A stretch of 64,000 bases of DNA from an uncultured Actinomycetota bacterium (GTDB lineage Bacteria > Actinomycetota > Acidimicrobiia > Acidimicrobiales > Palsa-688), in NCBI GenBank assembly GCA_963791545.1, contig CAWBSR010000004.1:41707-105706 (forward strand), written 5' to 3'. The translations under genes and the position numbers were made by a program. Below the pieces are notes generated by a model. That model did not search any database. It was not told where the DNA came from and saw only the letters and a list, made by a program, of their open reading frames with translations. Of the stretch, positions 8,292-18,678 are shown in pieces; position 1 is the stretch's first letter; each line of letters begins with the position of its first letter.

Positions 8292-9137
8292 TTGACGGGG
8301 ACGTGGGATGCTGCAGCGGTGATCACGCTCGGGGTCGGTTGCGTGTTCTCGTTCCGGGCCGAGGTGCCCACCGCCGCCGTCTTGCAGGTGGAGCCCCGCA
8401 CGGATGGACCGGAGGTGGTCCGCCACGATTGGTCGACGCGCCCCCTGGCGGGATCGCGTTCCTACATCGACCGGTTCGGCAACACCTGCCGCCGCCTGAC
8501 GCTGCCGCCCGGCGACCTCACCCTGCGCTTCGACGCTGATGTCCTGGTACCGGAAATCATCGACGCCCGGGACTTCGACGCCCCCGAGGTGGCGCCCGCC
8601 GACCTCCCCGATGACGCCCTGGCGTTCACTCTCCCCAGCCGGTTCTGCCAGTCCGATGTGCTGGGCGACGAGGCGTGGAAGAACTTCGGCCACCTGACGC
8701 CCGGGAACGCCCGGGTTCAGGCGGTATGCGACTTCGTCCATGAGCACATCACGTTCTGCGGCGAGAGCAGTTCACCGACCAAGACCGCGGTGGACGTGTT
8801 CCAATCGGGCCAAGGGGTGTGCCGGGACTTCGCCCATCTGATGATCACCTTCCTCCGGGCCCTCAACATCCCGGCTCGCTATGCCTTCGGCTACCTCCCC
8901 GACATCGGCGTGGCCCCGGCATCGGAGCCCATGGACTTCTGCGCCTGGACCGAGGTGTACCTCGGGGACCAGTGGTACACGTTCGACCCCCGCAACAACG
9001 AGGCCCGAACGGGCCGGGTCCTGATCGGCCGGGGCCGCGACGCCGTCGACGTGGCCATGGTGACTACCTATGGGGGCCCGCAGTTGACCGAGATGTCGGT
9101 GTGGGCCGAACCCCGCCCACCCGCCCCGGCGGCCTAG
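8292..9137 (+). CDS. Transglutaminase-like family protein
   Basis: GQGVCRDFAHLMITFLRALNIPARYAFGYL and DFCAWTEVYLGDQWYTFDPRNN supply the Cys-His-Asp core. Confidence 0.8.
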   Translation: MTGTWDAAAVITLGVGCVFSFRAEVPTAAVLQVEPRTDGPEVVRHDWSTRPLAGSRSYIDRFGNTCRRLTLPPGDLTLRFDADVLVPEIIDARDFDAPEVAPADLPDDALAFTLPSRFCQSDVLGDEAWKNFGHLTPGNARVQAVCDFVHEHITFCGESSSPTKTAVDVFQSGQGVCRDFAHLMITFLRALNIPARYAFGYLPDIGVAPASEPMDFCAWTEVYLGDQWYTFDPRNNEARTGRVLIGRGRDAVDVAMVTTYGGPQLTEMSVWAEPRPPAPAA

Positions 9138-9146
9138 ACCGCTCGC

Positions 9147-10472
9147 TCAGGCGAGGAACTCACGGGCCACGCCCAGCCACAGGTCGGTGGTCAAGCGAAG
9201 TGACTCCACGTCAATCCGCTCGTCGTTGCCGTGGAACCGGTTGGCGAACTGCTCGTAGGTGACCCCGGCGCTCATGAGCCCGCAGCCATAGGCCACTGTG
9301 CCCCGGGCTCGGTAATAGGTGGCGTCGGTTCCCCCGGTCGTCATCCGGGGCATCAGGGTGGCGCCCGGATAGGCGGTCGCCGACAGCCGTTCGAGGACCT
9401 CCCACATCGGCGTGTTGGTCGGCGAGGCGGTAGGCGCCACGTCGTGCAGGATCGTCACCTGGACCTGGTCGGCCAGGTCCCCCAGAGCCTCATCCAAGTA
9501 CCGCCGAACATCGTCGCTGGTCTGACCGGGCAGGGTCCGGATGTCGACGTCGAGGTCGACGACATCGGGTATCACGTTGGCCTTCACCCCGCCGTGGATC
9601 ACATTGGGGGAGAAGGTGGTGTGGGTGCACGCATGCCAGTACTTGGCCCGGCGGGGGTCGTCCTCCCGGGCACAGGCGTCCCACACCCGCCGCGCGTCGA
9701 GGAGGGCGGCGCGCAACTCCTCGTCGAAGTCGGCGGTCTCCACATAGGTCCGCCACGCCTCGCCGATCTGGGCCCGGGGCCGGAACTCGGACAGCCGCCG
9801 CACGACCTCGGCCGCCTTGACGACGGCGTTGTCGGAGCCGAAGGGCATGGAGCCGTGGGCGGGCGTCCCCCGAATCCGCAGCCGACGCCACGCCACCCCC
9901 TTCTCGGCCACCGTGACCGTGACCTTGGCGCCGGTGGCGGTGGGCATCACCACGCCTCCGGACTCACTCAGGACGTAGTCGGCGCCGATGGCATCCCAAG
10001 CGTGGTCGGCTAGCCATTCCGCACCGTGCTGGCCGCCCGACTCCTCGTCGGCCACCGCCAGGTACACCAAGGTGCCCGCGGGCCGGAACCCGGTCCGGGC
10101 CAGGTGCCGCACCGCCACCGCCATGGAGGCGGTGAGATTGAGCATGTCGATGGCGCCCCGGCCCCAGACCTCGCCATCGACAAGCTCCCCGCCGAAGGGA
10201 TCGCGAGACCAGTGTTCGGGCGTCACCGGGACCACATCGGTGTGGCCCATGAAACACACCGAGGGCGCTGCGGGGTCGTGGCCTTCGATCCGGGTGACCA
10301 ACGAGCTGCGGCCCGGCTGAGGCTCATAGATCTCGACGTCGAGGCCCGTCCCCGCCAGATAGCTGCGCAGCAGGTCGGTGCTGCGTGCTTCCTGGCCTGA
10401 CGCCACCGTCCCGTCGTTGACGCAGGCGTTCCTGATCAGCGCTTGCAACAGTTCTGTGACCTCACCCAGCAC
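9147..10472 (-). CDS. M20 family metallopeptidase (ArgE/DapE/succinyl-DAP desuccinylase-like)
   Basis: FMGHTDVVPV, WGRGAIDMLN, ADEESGG, and GGTDATYY near the C-terminus. 441 aa. Confidence 0.85.
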   Translation of the reverse strand: MLGEVTELLQALIRNACVNDGTVASGQEARSTDLLRSYLAGTGLDVEIYEPQPGRSSLVTRIEGHDPAAPSVCFMGHTDVVPVTPEHWSRDPFGGELVDGEVWGRGAIDMLNLTASMAVAVRHLARTGFRPAGTLVYLAVADEESGGQHGAEWLADHAWDAIGADYVLSESGGVVMPTATGAKVTVTVAEKGVAWRRLRIRGTPAHGSMPFGSDNAVVKAAEVVRRLSEFRPRAQIGEAWRTYVETADFDEELRAALLDARRVWDACAREDDPRRAKYWHACTHTTFSPNVIHGGVKANVIPDVVDLDVDIRTLPGQTSDDVRRYLDEALGDLADQVQVTILHDVAPTASPTNTPMWEVLERLSATAYPGATLMPRMTTGGTDATYYRARGTVAYGCGLMSAGVTYEQFANRFHGNDERIDVESLRLTTDLWLGVAREFLA

Positions 10473-11032
10473 CGCGTCAGGAATGGGCTCAGGCTAGCGC
10501 CGGGGCGATTCGGCCCGAACCACGCCCCGACGACCCGGTTACCGGCCGGGCACAGGGGACCCGAAGGACCCCGGCCGGCGAGGCTGACCGTTCCCGGCCC
10601 GCTCGTCAGCCGCGGGCTGACCCCTTTTCCCCCCCAGTTGTCCCCGGGCCGGGTCAGTCGTAACGGCGCCGGCGACGGGTGCCCAGCACCAGGAGGCAGC
10701 CGCCCAGGAGCAGTCCCCAGATCCTTCTGGCAGGTATTTTGGCCCTCGTCCGCCTCGATCGATGCGCTTTACCTTCGCCACGATGCCGGCACCATTCCCC
10801 CCGGTGCCGCGCCATGAGCCCCGGCGACGGGCAAAATGGGCCAGACTGAATGACCCCATCGGGGGGTCCGGACCGCATGCGGCGTCCGGGCCCGCGCCAG
10901 CGGTCCGGAGCCGGGCGCTGACCCGGCTTTCCTCATTGTCTGGCTCCCGCGGGCCGGTCGGTCGGGGATGCCCAGCATCGCGGGCCGCATGGCAACCGGC
11001 ACCAAGACAGGGGAGAGTATGAAGGACGCCAC

Positions 11033-12511
11033 ATGAGGACTCCGGCACCGCAAGACCTTTTGGACGCCTATTGCGACGGTGGGCTCACCCGGCGCCAGTT
11101 CGTCGCCGGGGCATTGGGACTGGGCTTTTCGGTGACGGCATCCGCCGGTCTGCTGGCGGCGTGCCACTCGCCTCGCCGGGCGGCGCCGAAGCGGCTGACC
11201 GGCCGGGTCCAAATCCTGGTGGGGTTCGACGGAGGCAACACGGCCGCCGAGCGGCAGGTCCAGCAAGCCCTGGCCCAGGCCTTCATCACCGCCCATCCCC
11301 AGGTCGGGATCGACTTCCTGCGGGCCACCTCGGCCCCGGCGGCGGCAGCCCAGCTGCGAACGTTACTCGCTCGCGCCTCGCCGCCCGACATCGTCCTCGG
11401 CGTGGGGCTGGCCGACATCTCACGATTCGCGGACCAGCACACCTGGCGAGATCTCCGCCCCCTATTGCAGCGCGACGGCATCTCGACCGGCGCCTTCGCG
11501 ACCGCGGCGGTATCGGCGTCGGCCTTGCCGAGTTACTACGGCAGCACCAAGGCCGTCCCGGGCATTCCCCTCGGCATCCACACCCACGCCCTGGCCTACA
11601 ACGCCGAGCTGTTTTCCCGGGCCGGCGCCCCGGCCCCGCCGGTGTCGTGGACGGATAACGACTGGGCCTTGACGGGCGCCTTCCTCCAAACAGCCCGGAC
11701 GCTCACCGTGGACAGTTCTGGAAAGGCCGCCGGCCAGCCGGGGTTCGACCCGACCATGGTGACCCGATATGGAGTTGGGCGCATTCGACCGGAGTCCGTG
11801 TTCTACAGCTTCGGAGGCCACCGCTATAACAGCGCCCGGCGGCAGGCCGAATTCGCCTCCCCGGCCGCCCTGCAAGGCGCCCAGTACGCGGCGGACCTCA
11901 TCAACAAGTTTCACGCCCATCCTTCTCCCGGGGCGGTGGCCCAACTCGGGGGAACCGCAGGAAAGGGCGACGACGAGCAGGCCGCCTGGCGGGCCGGAAA
12001 ACTGGCCATGATCGAAATGTGCAGTTGCGAAATCGACTCCCAGTTCGGATCCCAGGTGCCATTCGCCTGGAAGGTCGCCGCCCTGCCGGCCGGCCCGGCC
12101 CGGCGCCTCGGCGTTCTCGACGTGAGTCTCGGCTCGATCGCGGCCGCCAGCCCCCAGCCCGACCTGGCCTGGGAGGTCCTCAAATTTTTCGCCGTTGACC
12201 CCGCCAATGAACGCACGCTGGCGGTAACGGGTTTCGGTGCCATCCCCGCTCTGAGGTCCAACGTCGGCGCCTTCGCGACGGCCACCAAGCAGATACCCGG
12301 AGTCGACCCTGCGGTGTGGCTGGCGGGACTGCCCAGCGCGTCCGCGGAGAATGACACCTGGATGCCTGCCTTCGACGAGGTGGACCGCCTGTTCACCGCC
12401 GCCCTCGCCAAGATCACCGGCGGGGCCAGTGCGGCCACCGTCATGCCGCAATTGCAGCAGCAGGCCCAAGCCAGGATCGACGCCTGGTTCAAGACCAACA
12501 AACTGCCCTGA
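11033..12511 (+). CDS. ABC transporter extracellular solute-binding protein (family 1) with Tat/lipoprotein signal; no adjacent permease or ATPase
   Basis: LTRRQFVAGALGLGFSVTASAGLLAACHS is a twin-Arg signal plus lipobox. The protein is 492 aa with SBP-like composition. Confidence 0.75.
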   Translation: MRTPAPQDLLDAYCDGGLTRRQFVAGALGLGFSVTASAGLLAACHSPRRAAPKRLTGRVQILVGFDGGNTAAERQVQQALAQAFITAHPQVGIDFLRATSAPAAAAQLRTLLARASPPDIVLGVGLADISRFADQHTWRDLRPLLQRDGISTGAFATAAVSASALPSYYGSTKAVPGIPLGIHTHALAYNAELFSRAGAPAPPVSWTDNDWALTGAFLQTARTLTVDSSGKAAGQPGFDPTMVTRYGVGRIRPESVFYSFGGHRYNSARRQAEFASPAALQGAQYAADLINKFHAHPSPGAVAQLGGTAGKGDDEQAAWRAGKLAMIEMCSCEIDSQFGSQVPFAWKVAALPAGPARRLGVLDVSLGSIAAASPQPDLAWEVLKFFAVDPANERTLAVTGFGAIPALRSNVGAFATATKQIPGVDPAVWLAGLPSASAENDTWMPAFDEVDRLFTAALAKITGGASAATVMPQLQQQAQARIDAWFKTNKLP

Positions 12512-12567
12512 CAAGCGGCCGTCGCCGGCCGACCGTCGCCCACCGACCGGCGCGATACCGGCCGCGC

Positions 12568-13125
12568 CTAGCCGACCGGCGCGATACCGAGGTCCCGGTA
12601 GGTGAGCATCGGGAAGTAGGGAACGCCGGCCGCCTTGAAATACGACGCCGCCCGGTCGCCCCGGTCGACGAGGGTGGTCGCAAAGACCACCTGGGCCCCT
12701 TCCCCCTGGACCCTTTCGCAGGCCAGTTGGATGGAACCGCCGGTGGTGATCACGTCATCGACCAGCATGACCCGGGTGCCGGGACCGATTCGGGCCCCTT
12801 CGGCCCAGCGGTTGGTTCCCCGGCCCTTGGGCTCCTTGCGGATGAGGAACCACCGGCACCGGGCCGAGGCGGCCACGGCAAAGGTGAACGGGACGGCCCC
12901 GAGCACCAATCCCCCGACGGCATCGAAGCCGATATCCCGGTCGTGGGCGGCCGCGGTCATGGCCCGGCCCACCAACTCGAGGTCCTCGGGGTCGTCGACC
13001 GCCAGTTTGGCGTCGACGAAGTCCTGGCTCATTTCCCCCGACGCCAGGCGGATGGGCTCGGGCAGGTGCCGCAGCACGGCGGGGTCCATCACCAGGGCCC
13101 GCATACGGTCCATGAAGTCAGCCAT
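12568..13125 (-). CDS. pyrE: Orotate phosphoribosyltransferase-like type I PRTase
   Basis: IRLASGEMSQDFVD, FLIRKEPKGRGT and VMLVDDVITTGGSI (PRPP-binding motif). ATG 13125 was chosen because upstream codons overlap tRNA-Leu. Confidence 0.65.
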   Translation of the reverse strand: MADFMDRMRALVMDPAVLRHLPEPIRLASGEMSQDFVDAKLAVDDPEDLELVGRAMTAAAHDRDIGFDAVGGLVLGAVPFTFAVAASARCRWFLIRKEPKGRGTNRWAEGARIGPGTRVMLVDDVITTGGSIQLACERVQGEGAQVVFATTLVDRGDRAASYFKAAGVPYFPMLTYRDLGIAPVG

Positions 13126-13132
13126 TGGGGGG

Positions 13133-13216
13133 TGGGCGAGGGGGGACTTGAACCCCCACATCCTTTCGGACACAGGAACCTGAATCCTGCGCGTCTGCCT
13201 ATTCCGCCACTCGCCC
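13133..13216 (-). tRNA. tRNA-Leu (anticodon CAG), long variable arm
   Basis: The reverse complement is GGGCGAG TG GCGGAATAGGCAGACGC G CAGGA TTCAGGT TCCTG TGTCCGAAAGGATGT GGGGG TTCAAGT CCCCC CTCGCCC A. It has a 7-bp acceptor stem, a T-loop and anticodon loop TTCAGGT. Confidence 0.9.
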
Positions 13217-13319
13217 GAGTGGAAGCGTCAGGTTAGCGCCCCCCAACGCCGGTTGACCGGCCGTTCCCAGCCGTTCCGTCGGGTGGCCGTTCACGGTCCT
13301 CGATAGCATCGCGCCGACC

Positions 13320-13979
13320 ATGGGACTCCAGCAGTTCGAGCGACGGCTCGAGCGCCTCGTCGAGGGCGCCTTCGCCAAGGCGTTCCGTAGCGGCCTGCAA
13401 CCAGTTGAGATCGGCCGCCGGCTCACCCGGGAAATGGACCAGCAACGCACCATCGCGCCCCGCGGCACCCTCACTCCCAACCACTTCACCGTGATCGTCA
13501 GCCCCGCCGACCGGGAACGCTTCGCGCCCATCGAAGCGGAGCTGGTCAGCGAGCTGGTGGCCGTGGCCCGCGACTACGCCCGGGCCGAGAGCTACATTTT
13601 CCTCGGACCCGTCGAAGTCGAGATGTCCGCCGACCCCGACCTGTCGCCCGGCATCTTGCTGGTCTCGGGTGAGATGCGCTCCGCCGAGGGTGGCGGCGCC
13701 CAGCTGGTCATGGCGGACGGCACCCGCCACGAGCTGGGCGCGGCGCCGGTCACGATCGGCCGGCTGCCCGAGTGCGAGGTGGTGCTGACCGACGCCAACG
13801 CCAGCCGCCGCCATGTCGAGATCCGCCCGTCAACCGATGGCGCCGGCGGCTTCGTGCTCATCGACCTGGGTAGCACCAACGGCACCAAGGTCAATGGGGC
13901 CGGCATTCACAGCCACCACCTGCAGCATGGCGACGTCGTCACCATCGGCTCCACCCACATGCGCTTCGAGGCCCAATAG
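13320..13979 (+). CDS. fhaA: FhaA-like protein (DUF3662-type N-domain + C-terminal FHA domain)
   Basis: MGLQQFERRLERLVEGAFAKAF... plus FHA motifs TIGRLPECEVVLTDANASRRHVEI...LIDLGSTNGTKVNG. It also shows synteny with fhaB-pstP-rodA-pbpA-pknB. Confidence 0.85.
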   Translation: MGLQQFERRLERLVEGAFAKAFRSGLQPVEIGRRLTREMDQQRTIAPRGTLTPNHFTVIVSPADRERFAPIEAELVSELVAVARDYARAESYIFLGPVEVEMSADPDLSPGILLVSGEMRSAEGGGAQLVMADGTRHELGAAPVTIGRLPECEVVLTDANASRRHVEIRPSTDGAGGFVLIDLGSTNGTKVNGAGIHSHHLQHGDVVTIGSTHMRFEAQ

Positions 13980-13997
13980 GTCCCGACAGCCACCACC

Positions 13998-14518
<521 letters not shown>

Positions 14519-14522
<4 letters not shown>

Positions 14523-15832
14523 CCAAGCTGTGGGCAGGGGGCGCCACCGATGTGGGCCAGGTCCGGTCCAACAACCAGGACCAGATGCTGGTCACCATCG
14601 AACTGGAGCTGTTCGCGGTCGCCGACGGCATGGGCGGGCACGCGGCGGGCGAGGTGGCGTCGCTCACCGCGGTCGAGGCGTTGAAGGCCGCCTACCGGAA
14701 CCAGGGCGGCACCGAGGGCCTCGTTGCAGCGGCCCACGAAGCCAACCGGTCCATCTTCGCCCGGGCCCAGGGCAACCCCGAGCTGCACGGTATGGGCACC
14801 ACCCTGGTAGCGGTGGCGCTGGTCAACGAGGACGACGAGGACCGCCTGGCGGTCATCAACGTGGGCGACTCTCGTGTCTACCTTTTGCGCGACGGCGAGC
14901 TGGAGCAGCTGACGACCGACCACAGCCTGGTGCAGGAGCTGGTGGACGACGGCCAGCTCACCGAGCAGGAGGCAACGGTCCACCCCCAGCGCCACGTCCT
15001 CACCCGGGCCCTCGGCGTCGACTCCGACGTGAACGTCGACGTCCTCCAGGTCCTGCCCCTCAAGGGCGACCGGCTGATGCTCTGCAGCGACGGCCTGGTG
15101 CGGGAGCTGAACGACAGCCAGGTCGCTAGCATCATGCGCCGCCTCGGCGACCCCGAGGAGGCGGCCCGGGAGCTGGTGGCGGCCGCCAAGACCCGGGGTG
15201 GCAACGACAACATCACGGTGGTCATCGTCGACGTCGTCGACGACGACGACCTGCCGGCGGCGGCGTCGGAATCACTGGCCGCCGACCCGGGCGGCTACGT
15301 CCCGACCATGCAGCTGCGAGTGCCGGTCTTCGAGGCAGCGGTCTTCGAACCAGGAGAGGTGGGAAAAGACGCCGCCCCGCCCCCCGCCGGCGCCGCCGGG
15401 CGAGTCGAGCGCGACGCCCTCCCGGCCGCCGCCAAGGCGCCCAAACGCGGGGCCATCAATGTCCGGGTCATCGCCTTCGTGGTCCTGCTGGTGCTCCTCA
15501 TCGGCGGCGCCGCGGTGGCGGTGGCGCTGTACGCCCGGGGCAGCTACTTCGTGGGCCTCCGCAACGAGGAGCTGACGGTTTACAAGGGACGCCCCGGGGG
15601 CCTGCTGTGGTTCCAGCCGACCATCGCCCGGCACACCCAGGTGCACATCGGCGATGTCCTCCCCTCCCGGTTGAGCGACCTGAAAACCGGGAAAGAAGAG
15701 CCATCCCTCACCGCCGCCCTGGATTACATCAATCGTCTCCAGGCGGAGCGGGGCCAGCAGCTGCAGGTGACCCCCACCACCACGCCGGCAACGCTTCCGA
15801 CCGGCTCCTCCACGGCGTCGTCGGTTCCGTGA
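14519..15832 (+). CDS. pstP: PP2C-family Ser/Thr phosphatase PstP-like, with TM segment and extracellular tail
   Basis: GGATDVGQVRSNNQDQ, FAVADGMGGHAAGEVAS, GGNDNITVVIVDV and TM VIAFVVLLVLLIGGAAVAVALYA. It has a 4-nt overlap with fhaB. Confidence 0.9.
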
Positions 15833-15851
15833 TCTGTTCCCGGGGCCGGCC

Positions 15852-17198
15852 ATGGCCGTAGTCGCCGATCCCAACTACCGGTTGCCCGCCCGGCGGCGCA
15901 CCGAGTTGGGGTTGATCATCCTGGCGGTGCTGTTGACCGGCGGTCTCTACGTCCTGGCCAGCCTGGGCAAGGCGGGGTCGCTGCCCGCCAATATCGGACC
16001 CTTCCTCGCCATCGTCTGCGGGCTGCTGCTGCTGGCCCATATCGGGATGCGGAAGCTGGCCCCCTACGCGGATCCCATCCTCCTGCCCACCGTGGCGCTG
16101 CTCAACGGCGTCGGCTACGTGTTCATCGCCCGCCTCAACCGCCATCTGGCGGGGCTCCAGGCGCTGTGGACCGCGACGGGCGTGGCCGCCTTCCTGATCA
16201 CCTTGTTCGTGGTGCGCCGGGCCCGGGACCTGGAGCGCTACCGCTACATCTTCGCCCTTCTCGGCATCGGCCTGCTGCTCATGCCCCTCCTCCCCGTCGT
16301 CGGGACCAACATCAACGGAGCCCGGCTGTGGATCCGGGTGGGCGGGGTGACGTTCCAGCCCGGGGAGCTGGCCAAGATCGCCCTGGCCGTCTTCTTCGCC
16401 TCCTACATGGTCGAACGCGGGGAGCTACTGACCAAGGGCACGCTGCGCATCGGCCGTTTCCTGGTTCTCGACCCCAAGTACATCGCCCCGGTGCTGGTGG
16501 CGTGGGGGCTGTCGCTGATGATCTTCCTCTTCGAGAACGACCTGGGCTCGTCGTTCCTGTTCTTCGCCCTGTTCATCGGCATGCTCTGGGTGACCACGGG
16601 CCGCAACGCCTACCTGGGCCTGGGGGCGGTGCTATTCGGCATGGGGGCGGCCTTCGCCCTCAAGGTTATCGGCCACGCCAAAGGACGCATCCACTCCTGG
16701 ATCAATCCCTGGCCCCTCTACAACGTGCCGAACGGCGGCTACCAGACCATTCAGGGCTGGTTCGCCATGGCCGCCGGCGGGGTTTTCGGCGACGGCCCGG
16801 GGCGAGGTAGCCCCCAGCGCATCCCGGCGGTGGCCACCGACTTCGTCTTCGCCGCCATCGCCGAGGAGCTGGGCCTGCTCGGGGCGGCCGCCGTCCTCTC
16901 CGCCTACCTCCTGATGGTGGGCACCGGGCTGCGCATCGCGGTGCGCTGCGAACACGACTTCGAGAAGCTGCTGGCCACCGGGCTCTCGATCATCCTGGGC
17001 ATCCAGACCTTCGTGATCATCGGCGGGGTCACCCGGCTGATCCCCCTGACGGGCGTCACCCTGCCGTTCATCAGCTACGGCGGCAGCAGCCTGATCGCCA
17101 ACTACATCCTGCTGGCCCTATTGCTGCGCATCAGCAACGACTCCTCGACGCCGGAGATGGTGGACTCGAACGCGGCCCAGATGACGGTGGCCGTGTGA
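15852..17198 (+). CDS. rodA: SEDS family FtsW/RodA
   Basis: Polytopic membrane protein with GARLWIRVGGVTFQPGELAKI, PAVATDFVFAAIAEELGL and TGVTLPFISYGGSS. Confidence 0.9.
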   Translation: MAVVADPNYRLPARRRTELGLIILAVLLTGGLYVLASLGKAGSLPANIGPFLAIVCGLLLLAHIGMRKLAPYADPILLPTVALLNGVGYVFIARLNRHLAGLQALWTATGVAAFLITLFVVRRARDLERYRYIFALLGIGLLLMPLLPVVGTNINGARLWIRVGGVTFQPGELAKIALAVFFASYMVERGELLTKGTLRIGRFLVLDPKYIAPVLVAWGLSLMIFLFENDLGSSFLFFALFIGMLWVTTGRNAYLGLGAVLFGMGAAFALKVIGHAKGRIHSWINPWPLYNVPNGGYQTIQGWFAMAAGGVFGDGPGRGSPQRIPAVATDFVFAAIAEELGLLGAAAVLSAYLLMVGTGLRIAVRCEHDFEKLLATGLSIILGIQTFVIIGGVTRLIPLTGVTLPFISYGGSSLIANYILLALLLRISNDSSTPEMVDSNAAQMTVAV

Positions 17199-18652
17199 AC
17201 CGGCAAATACGAATCGCCGGGATCGGCATGATCGTCCTTTTCCTGATCCTGTTCTTCCAACTCAACTATGTCCAGGTCATCCGGGCCTCGGACCTCGACC
17301 ACAACCACCTGAACTCCCGGTTGGCCCTGGCCAAGTTCACCACCAAGCGGGGGGACATCGTCTCGTCCGATGGCGTGGTGCTGGCCCATTCGCTGCCCAC
17401 GACGGACGCCTACAAATGGCAGCGGACCTATCCCAGCGGGGACCTGTTCGGGCAGATCACGGGATACTTTTCCTTCACTTACGGTGAGGAGGGAGCCGAG
17501 CGGGCCTTCGATGCCGACCTGACCGGCGCCAACGCCCCCTTCCAGCTGCCCAAGAGCCTGAAAGATCTGACGCTCAAGCAGGACCCGAGCCAGACCGTCA
17601 CCCTGACGCTGTCCAACAAGCTGCAGGCGCTGGCCAAGGCCCAGATGGGTGCCAAGAAGGGGGCGGTGGTCGTCCTCGACCCGACCTCCGGCGCCATCCT
17701 GGCCCTGTGGAGCAACCCTTCCTACGACCCCGGCCCGCTGGCCGCCCACGACCAGAACCCGGTGCGCACCTACTGGCAGGCCGAGAACGCCAACCCCGAC
17801 CAGCCCCTCCTGGCAGCCGCCTTCCGGCGCCGCTTCTTCCCCGGTTCCACGTTCAAGACCGTCACCGCTTCCGCGGTCTACGAGAAGCGGCCCGACCTGG
17901 CCACCAAGGTCTACCCCCAACTCCCGGCCTTGCCGCTGCCCCAGACGGGGGGCCAGGTGCTGCGCAACTTCGGTGGCGAGGTGTGCGGAGGCACCCTGCC
18001 CGACCTGTTCCGGGTCTCCTGCAACAGCGGCTTCGCCGCCATCGGCCTCGACCTGGGCGGCCAGGCGCTGGCCGACCAGGCCAACGGCTACGGGTTCGAC
18101 CAGACACCGCCATTCGACCTGCCCGAGGCGGCCCAGTCGAGCTTCCCGGCCGGGGCCAGCTTCGCCCGTGACCTGCCGGGCCTGGCCAAGTCGGCCATCG
18201 GCCAGCAGAACGTACAGGCGGTGCCCCTCGGGATGGCGCTGGTCGCGGCCGGTATTGCCAACGGCGGGGTGATCATGACGCCTCACGTCCTGGCCTCGGT
18301 GGCCAACTCCCAGGGCCAGGTCGTGCGCAGCTATCAGCCCTCGGCGTGGCGCAGCGCCACCTCGGCCGCCACCGCATCGTCCATGACCCAGCTGATGGTT
18401 TCCGTCGTCCAGGCGGGAACCGGTACCGCGGCCCAGATCCCCGGAGTCCAAGTGGCCGGCAAGACCGGTACCGCCCAGACCGGCCTCAACACCATCCACG
18501 CCTGGTTCGTCTCCTTCGCCCCCGCCAACGCGGCCAAGGTCGTGGTGGCGGTCCTGGTGGAAAACCAACCCGAGGGCGGGGAGGCCACTGGCGGCGTCAT
18601 CGCGGCCCCCATCGCCAAGGCCATGCTGCAAGCTGCCCTGCAGGGTCCCTAG
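17195..18652 (+). CDS. pbpA: Class B penicillin-binding protein PbpA-like
   Basis: PGSTFKTVTASA (SxxK), CNSGF (SxN-like) and GKTGTAQ (KTG). It has a 4-nt overlap with rodA. Confidence 0.9.
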   Translation: MNRQIRIAGIGMIVLFLILFFQLNYVQVIRASDLDHNHLNSRLALAKFTTKRGDIVSSDGVVLAHSLPTTDAYKWQRTYPSGDLFGQITGYFSFTYGEEGAERAFDADLTGANAPFQLPKSLKDLTLKQDPSQTVTLTLSNKLQALAKAQMGAKKGAVVVLDPTSGAILALWSNPSYDPGPLAAHDQNPVRTYWQAENANPDQPLLAAAFRRRFFPGSTFKTVTASAVYEKRPDLATKVYPQLPALPLPQTGGQVLRNFGGEVCGGTLPDLFRVSCNSGFAAIGLDLGGQALADQANGYGFDQTPPFDLPEAAQSSFPAGASFARDLPGLAKSAIGQQNVQAVPLGMALVAAGIANGGVIMTPHVLASVANSQGQVVRSYQPSAWRSATSAATASSMTQLMVSVVQAGTGTAAQIPGVQVAGKTGTAQTGLNTIHAWFVSFAPANAAKVVVAVLVENQPEGGEATGGVIAAPIAKAMLQAALQGP

Positions 18653-18678
18653 GACGCTCGTGTGACAGGCTCTGACCG

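Noticed and set aside
10654-10878. A 74-aa minus-strand ORF ending in a hydrophobic segment plus RRRRR (sorting-signal-like tail, with LPEGSG in an adjacent frame)
   Set aside because: It has no signal peptide, no upstream domain, poor overall composition and no ribosome-binding site. The LPxTG-like string is in a different frame. At best it is a decayed fragment.
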